From an uncultured Candidatus Bathyarchaeia archaeon (GTDB taxonomy: Archaea; Thermoproteota; Bathyarchaeia; Bathyarchaeales; Bathyarchaeaceae): a DNA stretch of 50,284 nt. Shown here piece after piece: positions 8,929-18,501 of the stretch. Location of the stretch: assembly GCA_964347825.1 (NCBI GenBank), contig CAYFZQ010000003.1, positions 1 to 50,284 on the forward strand. The letters are read 5' to 3'. Positions within the stretch are counted from its first letter, which is position 1; each line of letters opens with the position of its first letter. Made by a program: the position numbers and the translations under genes. The notes below the pieces were generated by a model. The model saw only the letters and a list, made by a program, of their open reading frames with translations, was not told the DNA's origin and did no database searches.

Positions 8929-9291
8929 GTGAACGGCAAACCAAAGAAGCTTGAGAAGCCGCGATCTTCTGAAAAAGCGGCTCCTGTTTCAACCAGCTTC
9001 TCTGCAAAAGCCTACGTCAAAGCCCTTCCTTTACGTTCCCTTGATGATGTGCACATCGTCAAAAATGAGGTTCAATCAGGAAACATCCTGATCCTCAGGA
9101 TTAGTCCTCTAGCGAAGAAGAGTGTTGGGGATGTTAAACGCGCTGTTGATGAATTGTGCAAGTTTGTTGAGTCAATTGGAGGGGACATCGCTCGTTTAGG
9201 AGAGGAGCGTGTGGTTGTCACACCCTCCGCGGTCCGCATTTGGCGGGAAGAGCCCACGGCGTCGGAAACGAGCGTGCCTACCGCAGCCTGA
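8929..9291 (+). CDS. sepF: Cell division protein SepF (DUF552)
   Basis: The conserved core is LRSLDDVHIVKNEVQSGNILILRISPL...VDELCKFVESIGGDIARLGEERVVVTPSAVRI. GTG 8929 gives about 120 aa. The track ORF start (8806) lies upstream of a TATA-like CTTAAAAG and encodes Arg/Cys-rich junk. Confidence 0.7.
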   Translation: MNGKPKKLEKPRSSEKAAPVSTSFSAKAYVKALPLRSLDDVHIVKNEVQSGNILILRISPLAKKSVGDVKRAVDELCKFVESIGGDIARLGEERVVVTPSAVRIWREEPTASETSVPTAA

Positions 9292-11215
9292 TGGTCTCCA
9301 GGACTTCGGGCACAATGGTCTCGACTTTGTATTTCCGTCGGACGACGTTGGCCACGTTTAGGCACTTTCTCCGTTCCCCGTGGCCTACTATCACTTTCTC
9401 GGGTTTCGGCTTCATCCGCCGCAGATAGTTGAAGATCTGCCGTCTATCCGAATGTCCAGAAAACCCTTCGATCGACTCAACGTTGAGATTTGCCTTGACA
9501 ACCTCGATTTTTCCTCTCCCATTCAGCATCGGCATATCCCCCATCCCTTTCTGCAACCGACTACCCAGAGTTCCTTCAATCTGGTAGCTGACGAAGATTA
9601 TCGTGTTACGCTTATCCGAAGCCAAGCGTTTGAAGTAGTCGATCACTGGACCGCCTTCTAACATTCCTGAGGTCGCCATTATTATGCATTGGTCGCCATT
9701 CACGATCTCTTCCCTGGCGCTAGGATGCTCCACTATGGTGAAGTAGTCGGATTGGAAGGGGTTAACGCCTTCATGCAGAATGTTGTTTCGCACCCCCCTC
9801 GCTAGATATTCGGGATAGGCAGTATGGATGGCTGTTGCTTCGGAAATCATTCCTTCGATGAAGACTGGCGCCTCGGTCATCAAGCCTCGCCGCATGTATC
9901 CGTCGATGATTAGCATGATTTCTTGAGCCCTGCCAACCGCTGGAACGGGAATTAAAACCCGACCGCCTTGGTCTAAGGTTTGATTCACCACAAACGCGAA
10001 TTTCTTTTCAGCCTCTATTCTCGACGGCATTATATCCCTTGGCGATCCGTAGGTGCTCTCCGTTATGATGGCCTCGACCCTTGGAAAAGTCGTGACAGCC
10101 GGTTCAAGGAGCATGGATTGCCCGTACTTGTAATCGCCAGTGTACACGACGTTGTACAAACCTTCTCCGATATGAAGATGAACTAGGCTTGAGCCGAGAA
10201 TATGCCCAGCGTTATGCAAGGTCAGCCGGACATCAGGGGCTATATCAGTTACGGCGCCGTGGCGCAACCTAATTGTATGCAAGACGGCTTCTCGTACGTC
10301 CCTTTGATCATACGGTGGTATAGTTCCTTGTTTGCTCGAAACGTCAAGGTAATCCAGTTGAAGCAGCGTCATAAGACTCGAGGTGGGCGACGAGCAATAG
10401 ACAGGTCCGTCATACCCATACTTGAACAAAAACGGCAGAAAACCACAATGATCTAGATGGGAGTGACTTATGACAACGGCGTCCAGCGTGTCTGGATCAA
10501 ATTGAGGGGCATCCAACCTGGGAAAAGTGTTTAGCGGGTCGGTGGAACCCGGGTTAATGCCGCAGTCCAGTAGAACATTGCTTTCTCTCGTTTGCACGAG
10601 TATCGCCGATCGTCCAACTTCTTGAAACCCGCCTAAAGCAGTAAGTCGGACGTCCCCGACGCCGTGGTAAGCAGGTCGAAAGATCCGCTCACCAATTGTG
10701 CGAAGGATTCTCTCGCGTTCTTTGCTCTCACTGTGCAGAAAGTGTCGCACGTGCGCCATGATCTTTGACGGAATGGGAGGACTCCTAAGAACACGTGGTC
10801 TCCACCGGGTTTGCTTCACAATCTCTTGCAGGGTCGCGCCGTCCTTTCCGATGGCAAGTCCGGGTTTCTTCGCTTCTATGACAACCTCGCCCAAGCTGGG
10901 ATCAAAGGTTATGTTGGTGATCTCTGCGTCACGGGGGACTACCGACTGTATTGTTCGTTCTGCCTCTCTTTCTTCTAGCCTAACAGCTGGATCAGAACGG
11001 ACCACAATTCGCTTCCTGATCAAGTTAACAATGTCGGCGACTATGTAGCTCTGCTCGATCAGAATCTCCGGCTTTTTCGTATATACTGCTAGCGCAGGGC
11101 CCTCAAATTCGATGCGCGTGACTTCGGCTTCTTTGGGTATGTGTTCCAGTATATGCTGGCTAACTTCTAGCTTTCCTCTATCCGACGCTGTCACGCTTTT
11201 TTGTCGCTCCATCAA
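9278..11215 (-). CDS. fttA: aCPSF1 / FttA: KH-KH-metallo-beta-lactamase-beta-CASP ribonuclease (transcription termination factor)
   Basis: 645 aa with two N-terminal KH-like modules, HSHLDHCG (the HxHxDH motif) and a beta-CASP region. The stop of psmB overlaps its start. Confidence 0.9.
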   Translation of the reverse strand: MMERQKSVTASDRGKLEVSQHILEHIPKEAEVTRIEFEGPALAVYTKKPEILIEQSYIVADIVNLIRKRIVVRSDPAVRLEEREAERTIQSVVPRDAEITNITFDPSLGEVVIEAKKPGLAIGKDGATLQEIVKQTRWRPRVLRSPPIPSKIMAHVRHFLHSESKERERILRTIGERIFRPAYHGVGDVRLTALGGFQEVGRSAILVQTRESNVLLDCGINPGSTDPLNTFPRLDAPQFDPDTLDAVVISHSHLDHCGFLPFLFKYGYDGPVYCSSPTSSLMTLLQLDYLDVSSKQGTIPPYDQRDVREAVLHTIRLRHGAVTDIAPDVRLTLHNAGHILGSSLVHLHIGEGLYNVVYTGDYKYGQSMLLEPAVTTFPRVEAIITESTYGSPRDIMPSRIEAEKKFAFVVNQTLDQGGRVLIPVPAVGRAQEIMLIIDGYMRRGLMTEAPVFIEGMISEATAIHTAYPEYLARGVRNNILHEGVNPFQSDYFTIVEHPSAREEIVNGDQCIIMATSGMLEGGPVIDYFKRLASDKRNTIIFVSYQIEGTLGSRLQKGMGDMPMLNGRGKIEVVKANLNVESIEGFSGHSDRRQIFNYLRRMKPKPEKVIVGHGERRKCLNVANVVRRKYKVETIVPEVLETIRLR

Positions 11216-11847
11216 GAGCTTCCAAGGATCTTCTTTTTCGTGTCGTCGTCCAATTCGCGATATCCTTTACCGTCAATCACTGCGACGTCGAAACTATCCC
11301 CGCTGGCTGTATCTCGCTTCATGGCTGAGTCTACCGCCTTAACAACTATCGGTATGATGTCTTGGATCATAGAACCTTCCTTGTATCTGTCTTCTAGTAC
11401 TCCATAGGCTATTGGAGATCCCGATCCAGTGGCAACGCATTCCTCTTCGGTAAGACTGCCTAACGGGTCTATGGAGAAGACGTGAGACCCCGTGTCGTCC
11501 ACGCCGCCAACAAGGACTCGAGTCACCATGGGAGCCAAGCGTGATGAGAAAAGACGGTTTGCTAGGAGTCTAGCTGCGGAGCTCACGGGCATTCGTCGTT
11601 CGTTGTTTAGCTTGTAGAGCTTCGCATTCACCTTGAGCAAATCAACAATCTGTTGAGCATCAGCTACAACCCCGGCGATCGTCATGGCCAGATGGTCGTC
11701 TATCTTGTATATTTTCTTTCCTTTCTTGTGGGCAACATAATATCCCATCGTGACACGGGTATCTGAAGAGAGTACAACACCGTCTTTACAGACAACGCCG
11801 ATGGTCGTTGTTCCTTTTAGGGCTAATCTGTCTATTGTTTCATGCAT
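11212..11847 (-). CDS. psmB: Proteasome subunit beta
   Basis: A short propeptide is followed by GTTTIGVVCKDGVVLSSDTR (catalytic Thr). 211 aa. Confidence 0.95.
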   Translation of the reverse strand: MHETIDRLALKGTTTIGVVCKDGVVLSSDTRVTMGYYVAHKKGKKIYKIDDHLAMTIAGVVADAQQIVDLLKVNAKLYKLNNERRMPVSSAARLLANRLFSSRLAPMVTRVLVGGVDDTGSHVFSIDPLGSLTEEECVATGSGSPIAYGVLEDRYKEGSMIQDIIPIVVKAVDSAMKRDTASGDSFDVAVIDGKGYRELDDDTKKKILGSS

Positions 11848-11974
11848 TTTGATATCCCCCGAAAAGTTAGTGTCGATTGATCATTGTCGGGAGATGTATT
11901 ACTCACTACCGACGGATTTAAAAACGTTTCGAACCCTAATAGCGAATTGACCTGAACCCGTGATTCTGATCACT

Positions 11975-13027
11975 ATGAAACTACATCGGATGCAGCTACC
12001 CAGAGAAGTCGTTGTAGGAAATGAGACTTTATCACTGATAGGCGACATCTGCAAGAGATTGGGATTCTCCAGCTCCGCCTTTGTAGTTACAGGTCCTAGA
12101 ACACAGCTTGCGGCCGGCAAGGCCGTCATTGACATATTGGAAGATACAAGCATTGATGTCGGTCACATCATGGTATCTTCCTCCACTCTTTGGGATGTCA
12201 AAGCCGTTGAAGAGAAAATCAAGGAGCTGAAACCACAAGTTGTTCTAGGAGTGGGAGGTGGAACCAAAATCGATGTTGCAAAGCTGAGTTCTGCTCGTCA
12301 GGGTATCCCCTTCATAAGTGTCCCAACGACGGCTTCGCATGACGGCATCTCCAGTCCAGTAGTCTCGCTCAAAGGCTTGGGGAAACCATACTCGATGATG
12401 GCTCAGGCCCCTATGGCAATCATCGCAGACACCAACGTAATTATCCAAGCAGACTATCGCTTCATGGCCAGCGGCTGTGCGGATGTAGTGTCCAAATTTA
12501 CAGCGATTCGCGATTGGAAACTGGCTCATGAGGAGAAAAACGAGTACTACGGCGAGTATGCGGCAAGCCTAGCCCTGATGAGTGCACGTCTAGTGAGGAG
12601 AAATGCGGACATCATTAAACCTGGAAAAGAGGAGGGGCTCCGCATTCTTCTGGAAGCGTTGATAAGCTGCGGTGTCGCGATGAGTATTGCTGGAAGCAGT
12701 AGACCTTGTAGCGGCTCTGAACACTTATTCAGTCATGCCTTGGACGTCGCTACCGACAATCCCGCAATGCATGGTGAACAGTGTGGCGTGGGTAGCATAA
12801 TGATGGCCTACCTTCACAAAATGGATTGGAAAGAAATCAAGGGGACACTACACGCGGTGGGAGCTCCGACCACAGCAATGGAGCTTGAAATTAAAATTGA
12901 AAGCATTGTGCAAGCTTTGGTTCGGGCGTGTAGCGTTCGCCCCGAACGATATACGATTCTCGGGAAGTGCGAACTTGATGAAAATGCTGCCAATAGGCTT
13001 GCTGAGGCAACTGGAGTTGCAGCTTGA
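11975..13027 (+). CDS. egsA: sn-Glycerol-1-phosphate dehydrogenase (archaeal lipid backbone)
   Basis: Motifs are QLPREVVVG, GVGGGTKIDVAK, VPTTASHDGISSP and the metal ligands GSEHLFSH...HGEQCG. ATG 11975 (MKLHRMQLPRE) is preferred over GTG 11960. Confidence 0.85.
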   Translation: MKLHRMQLPREVVVGNETLSLIGDICKRLGFSSSAFVVTGPRTQLAAGKAVIDILEDTSIDVGHIMVSSSTLWDVKAVEEKIKELKPQVVLGVGGGTKIDVAKLSSARQGIPFISVPTTASHDGISSPVVSLKGLGKPYSMMAQAPMAIIADTNVIIQADYRFMASGCADVVSKFTAIRDWKLAHEEKNEYYGEYAASLALMSARLVRRNADIIKPGKEEGLRILLEALISCGVAMSIAGSSRPCSGSEHLFSHALDVATDNPAMHGEQCGVGSIMMAYLHKMDWKEIKGTLHAVGAPTTAMELEIKIESIVQALVRACSVRPERYTILGKCELDENAANRLAEATGVAA

Positions 13028-13058
13028 CACAAGAGCATTTGATATTTGAATTGCTGGA

Positions 13059-13766
13059 CTAGTTGGACTGCTTTCCGCCTGTTTCTCGTTTTTTGAAATC
13101 CTCAACGAACCTCACTTTCGTTATCTGGGGAAAGAATTTCTGAAGATCGGTCGCTAGTCCTCTTTTTGCAAGCTGAACACCCTCTAGGTAGAAAACTGCC
13201 TCAGGCACATTCACCACAATGCTCTTCTTTCCGAGTCTGAAGTTGAACTCTTCGACATCAACTGTCGGTATCCTTCGATGAATCAGTGCAGCAATTTTTT
13301 CCTTCTTCGTCGTCAGTTTCTTTTTGACGGTGACTTCGTAGATCAAGGTTTTTCCGGCTAGTGGCGGATTGAAATCCAGCTGAACCCTTCCAGATCCCAT
13401 AGTTCTAACTGTTGCAAGCTTCTTGTCGAATTCGATTCGCATACCCATTTTTGGGGTGATTCCACGGGCCGTTAGTCGTCGCAGCGGAACCAACTTGATC
13501 TTCTCTGGGTCGCGTGGTCCAAATGCCTTCTCTGGTGGGATTTCGATTGAGCCTGTTTTCTCTGTGAGATCAAGCAGGCCTACATCCAACGCTTCCAGCA
13601 TCCATCCTTCGCCGACGACAACCAGCTTGGGTTCGTAGATCTCGCCCTCTTTATACAGTCTTCCTTCCTTTGCTTCTTCTTCCTTTGTGGTGTCAAATAC
13701 ATCGCCGGTTTCTTTGACCTTGCCAACGTACTCTACGAGTATGAAGTCTCCTTTTTTGACAGGCAT
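13059..13766 (-). CDS. FKBP-type peptidyl-prolyl cis-trans isomerase (long archaeal type)
   Basis: N-terminal GDFILVEYVGKVKETGDVFDTT, an insert-in-flap region and a C-terminal domain. 235 aa. Confidence 0.85.
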   Translation of the reverse strand: MPVKKGDFILVEYVGKVKETGDVFDTTKEEEAKEGRLYKEGEIYEPKLVVVGEGWMLEALDVGLLDLTEKTGSIEIPPEKAFGPRDPEKIKLVPLRRLTARGITPKMGMRIEFDKKLATVRTMGSGRVQLDFNPPLAGKTLIYEVTVKKKLTTKKEKIAALIHRRIPTVDVEEFNFRLGKKSIVVNVPEAVFYLEGVQLAKRGLATDLQKFFPQITKVRFVEDFKKRETGGKQSN

Positions 13767-14076
13767 CTTCTCTCCATCTCTGGAATGCTACACTTTGTCA
13801 GATTCCGCCTTTAATCTTTATCTGCATCAATCTTTGCGTAGGTTCTGAGCGAGGTTAGCGGAACGAGATTCTGTCGAACAGACCAGCAAGCATGTCCACG
13901 AAATTCGTTACGGTGTTGATCGTGTGCTCGTTGACATATGCAGGGTGTTATGATTATCCAGCCAAAGAGCGTTCCCGCTCTTGCAGTCTGGTGTATCCTT
14001 ACAGGGCAAAATGAGAGAACGGGCTACGATGTTCGAAAAGCAGCTGTAAGCACAAAAAAGAGGAGAGTTGGTAACT

Positions 14077-14931
14077 CTACCACTCAGTTTCTTCTTCGGC
14101 TTCTTCCTCTGTTGTCGCTATCTCCTCTTCATGGGGAGAAGTTTCTTCTGTTGGGGTCTCTGTCTCTTCTTCTGTTGCTGTTTGAGCTTCTTCCACTTCT
14201 TCTTCGACAGCTAGTTCTTCATTAGATGCCGCCTCAGGTTCTGTGACAGTCTCTTCTGGTGAAGAAACCGTCTCTTCGAGCTCTTCAACGGATGATTCGG
14301 AAGGCGTCTCAAGGCTCTCCTGAACGGGCACTTCTTCAACAGGTGCTGCTTCGATTGCCGCTTCACTGACCTGTTCAATTGTTGTCTCTTCGCCGGCCGC
14401 TTCGATTTCTTCTGGTGTTCCAGTCGGCTGTTCAACCGCGATTTCTTCAGAAGGCGTTTCGGCTTCTTCGGGTATTCCAACAGGGGCTTCTTCAACAGGA
14501 GTTTCCACTGGTATCTCAGCCGTTTCTTCAGCGATCTCTTCTGTTGGGGGCACCTCTGCTTCCGCAGTTTCTTCTGGTTCTGCTGGTTCCGCTGGCACAG
14601 GAGGAGTGACTGCTTCAGGTAGGATGTCGCCGACTATTCCCTTGATGCTGTCGAGTTGTTGTCTAAGAGCGTCAAGTCCAAGGCTGAAAGCCTGACTTTC
14701 CCGTTCGTGAAGCTGATCGTCGATTTCGCCGGCCACGTGCTGAATCTCTGAGTTGGCTAGGAAAATCTCTAGCGTGTTGATCTGATCTTCGAGTTGGGTG
14801 ATTTTTGATGTCATTGTCTCGGCTAACGCTTTCTGCCTCTTCTCAATCTCGGCGATTGTGTTGCTGATGTCACTGTTGAGGGATTCGAAAGTGGATTCGG
14901 AGATCTTCTCTGCGTTGAACAGATCGTCCAA
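14077..14931 (-). CDS. Hypothetical coiled-coil protein with a long acidic E/T/P/A-rich low-complexity tail
   Basis: About 110 aa of heptad-like helix (ISNTIAEIEKRQKALAETMTSKITQLEDQINTLE...) are followed by about 170 aa of Glu/Thr/Pro/Ala repeats ending EEETEW. TTG start at 14931. Coding-like sequence continues upstream (see findings). Confidence 0.6.
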   Translation of the reverse strand: MDDLFNAEKISESTFESLNSDISNTIAEIEKRQKALAETMTSKITQLEDQINTLEIFLANSEIQHVAGEIDDQLHERESQAFSLGLDALRQQLDSIKGIVGDILPEAVTPPVPAEPAEPEETAEAEVPPTEEIAEETAEIPVETPVEEAPVGIPEEAETPSEEIAVEQPTGTPEEIEAAGEETTIEQVSEAAIEAAPVEEVPVQESLETPSESSVEELEETVSSPEETVTEPEAASNEELAVEEEVEEAQTATEEETETPTEETSPHEEEIATTEEEAEEETEW

Positions 14932-15310
14932 TGCTTGCTTCTTTTTCCTCGCTAGCTCCAGATCTTTGCTTATTTCCTCAAAAGAATACTTCCATGAAAT
15001 CAGATTCTTACACCACGGTCCATGCTAGCATAAAATTGCGAAATAACCTTTGCTAACATGTAGATATATTGCTAGTTGTCAGAATCAGCCTGTTTTCAGT
15101 TTTTCTTCGACGAAACCTTTTAAATGTCACAGTCTAGTGCAACAAGCTGAGGCATTGACATGAACACGCTACTGATTAACGAAAAATGCCTTTCTCGACC
15201 GAAATATCTGTGACATATTGCAGACTCCTAAGCTGGAGGTGCACGGCATTCTCATATGAGGTTTTGCCGCGCGCGCATTGTGAGCTGCGCAGAATCTTGA
15301 ACTGACGAGT

Positions 15311-15559
15311 CTATCGCAACTTCGGAAGAAGTTTCTCAATTGACTCTCTTATTCGCACCCATGCCTCTTCGTTTTTCACGACAAATTTCTGTTTCCTCTT
15401 CCATTGATCGCCTCTCTTTATCCATAGATACACTGCCAATTGTCTGGTTCCAAAATAATCTTGAAGAACGACAGCAGACCACCACTTTTCCGTCTTGTAC
15501 AAGTTTATGCCTTCGATAACCTTGATGGTTTCTGAGACAGGAAATTTCGCTTCTAGCAA
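15311..15559 (-). CDS. Small hypothetical protein, possible PC4/YdbC-like ssDNA-binding fold
   Basis: 82 aa with a TTG start preceded by a GGTGA Shine-Dalgarno-like element. AVVLQDYFGTRQLAVYLWIKRGDQWKRKQKFVVKNEEAWVRIRESIEKL follows the PC4 C-terminal domain pattern ([30 protein letters not shown]..L...I). Confidence 0.45.
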   Translation of the reverse strand: MLEAKFPVSETIKVIEGINLYKTEKWWSAVVLQDYFGTRQLAVYLWIKRGDQWKRKQKFVVKNEEAWVRIRESIEKLLPKLR

Positions 15560-15619
15560 AGTCTCACCTCACTGGAGATATCCCTTAGGAGTATTAATGT
15601 TTTTGAAGCTGCACGCAGC

Positions 15620-15856
15620 TCATCTGCGTTCAGGAAGCTTTGAGTAGGTTCCTTCGGACGTCCGATAGACCGCTAACCGTCCAACAGTCTCCCAGTCATC
15701 TCCCGTTCTCCGTCTGAGCTGCACAACAATGACTTCTGCGGTAGGATCGGTTTTCCCAGACCAGATGCTGATGCCTAGAAAATCTTGCTCATTGAGTCGT
15801 GTATAGAAACGTGCTTTTGGGCTTCTTGACTGAGAGGTTGAGCTCAACTTTGCCAC
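15620..15856 (-). CDS. Small hypothetical protein, paralogue-like to 15311..15559
   Basis: 78 aa with a GTG start. ISIWSGKTDPTAEVIVVQLRRRTGDDWETVGRLAV parallels the beta-strand / RGDxW / beta-strand core of the neighbouring ORF. Confidence 0.4.
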   Translation of the reverse strand: MAKLSSTSQSRSPKARFYTRLNEQDFLGISIWSGKTDPTAEVIVVQLRRRTGDDWETVGRLAVYRTSEGTYSKLPERR

Positions 15857-16029
15857 AATTCTCCCTGTGGGATTTGCTTTCCTATCTCTCTGGTTTGCTA
15901 TTACTTATTTGCCACCCTTCCTGCACCATTTGCGCGACTAAGTTAGAAGCGCGCGCACCTGCGGCGTGATTAATCGCTGGGAGCTCGGTTTGAGATCTTC
16001 CATACTGCCGAAACACCAGGATTTCACGA

Positions 16030-17034
16030 CTAAACCATGAACTTGCCTTTCTCCACCACGTTGAAAGCTGATCCTTCTTCCTTCTCTATCTTTACCGTGG
16101 GTTTTGAAATGAGCAGATCCATATGGTTCTGGGACGCATTTCTGCCACCAGGCATATCCAGATTGTGGCCAAAAGCGATGTGGATGGTCCCTAAGATTTT
16201 TTCATCTTCAAGGAACTCTTGAACAAGGCGTGCTTTGGGATTTATCCCGAGCGCAAACTCTCCCACGATATCGGACCACTCGTCAGTGTTTAGCGTGTCT
16301 TTGACTTTCTTGAGAACCGTGCCATCCTTAGATGTAGCTTGCGCAGCTTTGCCCTTTTCAGCGGTTATGGTTACTGGGGAACCTATAGGTCCAATTCCGC
16401 CAATTGCCATGTCGCAAACAAGCGTCCCATTCAGAGAGTTCTCCAGAGGTGCCACAATGACTTCCCCGGTGGGAAGATTCATCCACTTTCGCAGTCGCCA
16501 ATCGTATTTCGTGTCCGTGAAGAACTCCCTCCCCTTCACACTCATGGACAGATTGGTGCCAGCCGGATTTCTGACGTCAATCTTGGCCACGCCGTCAAGT
16601 GTCAGGATCAACTTGTCAGCGAAGCTTTGCATACTCTTATGTTCCTCGGGTGTGAGAGCCAATGAACCCTCGGTTAGCATCTCCATTGTTACGCCTGGAC
16701 AGTGCCCCAAGCGTGTTCGTGGATCACGTCTCTGTAATCGGATGATCTTAATCCGGAAGGGAGTCTCTTCCCTCGTTTCCCGGAGAAGGTTGACATAAAC
16801 ATCTGATCTCTGCCCCGTCAAGACTTCTAGGAGATGTCGTGGAAGCTCTCTCCTTGTTTCACTTGAAGTCTTAAGCACTATCAGTCTAGCCCAAAGGCCG
16901 AGTGCTAGAGCACCTTCAGCAAAGGCTTTTCCAACTTGGTCTTTCTCGTCGTCACACACTACAACAAGGCTTTCACCTTGCTCCGCTTCCAGAACACATT
17001 TCAGCGCGTTCTTTGCAGCTTCCCATGCTTTCAT
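16030..17034 (-). CDS. M29-family (AmpS/aminopeptidase T-like) metallo-aminopeptidase
   Basis: 334 aa. The C-terminal GEFALGINPKA...EDEKILGTIHIAFGHN is typical of the thermophilic metalloprotease M29 fold. Confidence 0.6.
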   Translation of the reverse strand: MKAWEAAKNALKCVLEAEQGESLVVVCDDEKDQVGKAFAEGALALGLWARLIVLKTSSETRRELPRHLLEVLTGQRSDVYVNLLRETREETPFRIKIIRLQRRDPRTRLGHCPGVTMEMLTEGSLALTPEEHKSMQSFADKLILTLDGVAKIDVRNPAGTNLSMSVKGREFFTDTKYDWRLRKWMNLPTGEVIVAPLENSLNGTLVCDMAIGGIGPIGSPVTITAEKGKAAQATSKDGTVLKKVKDTLNTDEWSDIVGEFALGINPKARLVQEFLEDEKILGTIHIAFGHNLDMPGGRNASQNHMDLLISKPTVKIEKEEGSAFNVVEKGKFMV

Positions 17035-17180
17035 TCTGACCAGCTCACAAACCGAATTTTGTGTTAAACCAATTTCGGAAAGCTCACTTATTCACGTAGG
17101 AAACTGATTAGCTTTTTGCGAAGAATGCCTCTCGTTTCTGATTCGCACTAGTCAGAAGAATCAGAAGAAATCTCGTTTGC

Positions 17181-18392
17181 TCAGAAGATTGAGATCTTCC
17201 CGCTTGCCAAGTCGCTGCAAAACGTCCCTATGTTTTCCAGTTCGTAATCGACGACCTCTTCTATTTCTCGCTGAACACTCTTGAAAGCGTTGCCCTGTTT
17301 CATGACAACTTGGGCAGCGGCAATAGCGGGCTGATCAATGGGTTTCCCTATCTGACTGAGCAACCAGATATATACTTCCGCTAATCCTGAGACTTTGTTG
17401 TAGATGTCATCTGCGATCTTATGTGTGAGAGAGTTGTAGATCTTGCCTACGTGGCTGACCGGATTCTTTCCAGCAGCAGCCTCAGAACAGAAGGGTCTGT
17501 TTAGGGGTATGACACCGTTGGTGCGGTTGCCTCGACCAACCTGACCCGAGTCGCCAGCCTCTGCACTAGTGCCCAGTACCGTGATGTAGACGCCTTCTAC
17601 GCCTTTGGCCTTCTCGTCAAGGGTGTTTAAGTCTACGTTGACCTTCTCGAAGTCTGTGTTTTCTTTCACGAATCTACGGATCTCTTCTTCCAGGGCGGCT
17701 TTCTTTCGGAAGTAATCCTTCTCGTTGTTCACATAGCGGTCAACCAGCGCCATCGCCAAAGTTAGGTTCAACTTGTTGTTCCTTCTGAATCCCATGACTT
17801 TGACGTCTTCGCCAGATTCTGGAAAGCGTTTCTTGAACTCGGGCGAGTTCACATGATTCTCAAGGCTCAAGACAATCTGCTCAGTTCGGGTCATCGGAGC
17901 GTAGCCAACTGCAGCGGAAGTGTCATTGGCACCTAGGACTCTCCCCCTTCTGTCGAATATGTCCATTAGTTCAGGATGCCCTGGCTTTAACTGAACCTGA
18001 TACTCCACATGCTTCTCCGGATCAACGAATCGCAGATTCTCCTTCACCCACTCTTTGGCCGTTTGAATAGCAATTTCCTCAACTGGTATGTGGACTCCAC
18101 CCACCTCGAATGTTGCCCTGTCACCGATAACGAGGAGCATCGGCTTCCGTATGGTACCGCCTCCGAAGCGGGTTTCCGCTTCGCCAGCAGCCAAGAGAGA
18201 TTTGTCAATGTTGTGATGCCTTATTCCACCAGTCTTGCTCTTGTACTCTTGGCTGAGTTGCACTGAGATTCGGTCCATTATGGCATCGCAGATGTAATCT
18301 GGGTGGCCCAAGCCCTTTCTCTCAACTATCTCCAATTGCTGTCCTTCAACAGGCGTTTGCTTTAGAACGTCAACAAGTATGTTCCTGACCAT
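17181..18392 (-). CDS. mat: Archaeal-type S-adenosylmethionine synthetase (methionine adenosyltransferase)
   Basis: MVRNILV...VERKGLGHPDYICDAIMDRIS...GDSGQVGRGNR is the archaeal MAT signature. ATG at 18392 gives 403 aa. The 109-aa N-terminal extension in the track ORF overlaps the divergent regulator and is discarded. Confidence 0.9.
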   Translation of the reverse strand: MVRNILVDVLKQTPVEGQQLEIVERKGLGHPDYICDAIMDRISVQLSQEYKSKTGGIRHHNIDKSLLAAGEAETRFGGGTIRKPMLLVIGDRATFEVGGVHIPVEEIAIQTAKEWVKENLRFVDPEKHVEYQVQLKPGHPELMDIFDRRGRVLGANDTSAAVGYAPMTRTEQIVLSLENHVNSPEFKKRFPESGEDVKVMGFRRNNKLNLTLAMALVDRYVNNEKDYFRKKAALEEEIRRFVKENTDFEKVNVDLNTLDEKAKGVEGVYITVLGTSAEAGDSGQVGRGNRTNGVIPLNRPFCSEAAAGKNPVSHVGKIYNSLTHKIADDIYNKVSGLAEVYIWLLSQIGKPIDQPAIAAAQVVMKQGNAFKSVQREIEEVVDYELENIGTFCSDLASGKISIF

Positions 18393-18422
18393 CTGAGATC
18401 GCCTTGGCGGACGTTTAGAAAC

Positions 18423-18479
18423 GATAACAGATATATATTTTGCGATATCAGTTATACATGGAAAATAACCTCGGGTTAT
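18423..18479. promoter_or_regulatory. Divergent promoter/operator region: two inverted repeats sharing ATAAC/GTTAT half-sites around an AT-rich TATA core
   Basis: The first is GATAACAGATAT-(10 nt ATATTTTGCG)-ATATCAGTTATA, with arms matching 10 of 12 (18423..18456). The second is a perfect ATAACC-TCG-GGTTAT (18465..18479). Both lie between mat (start 18392, minus strand) and the HTH-CBS gene (ATG 18502). Confidence 0.5.
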
Positions 18480-18501
18480 CATCGTGGTCGTCAACGGATC
18501 C

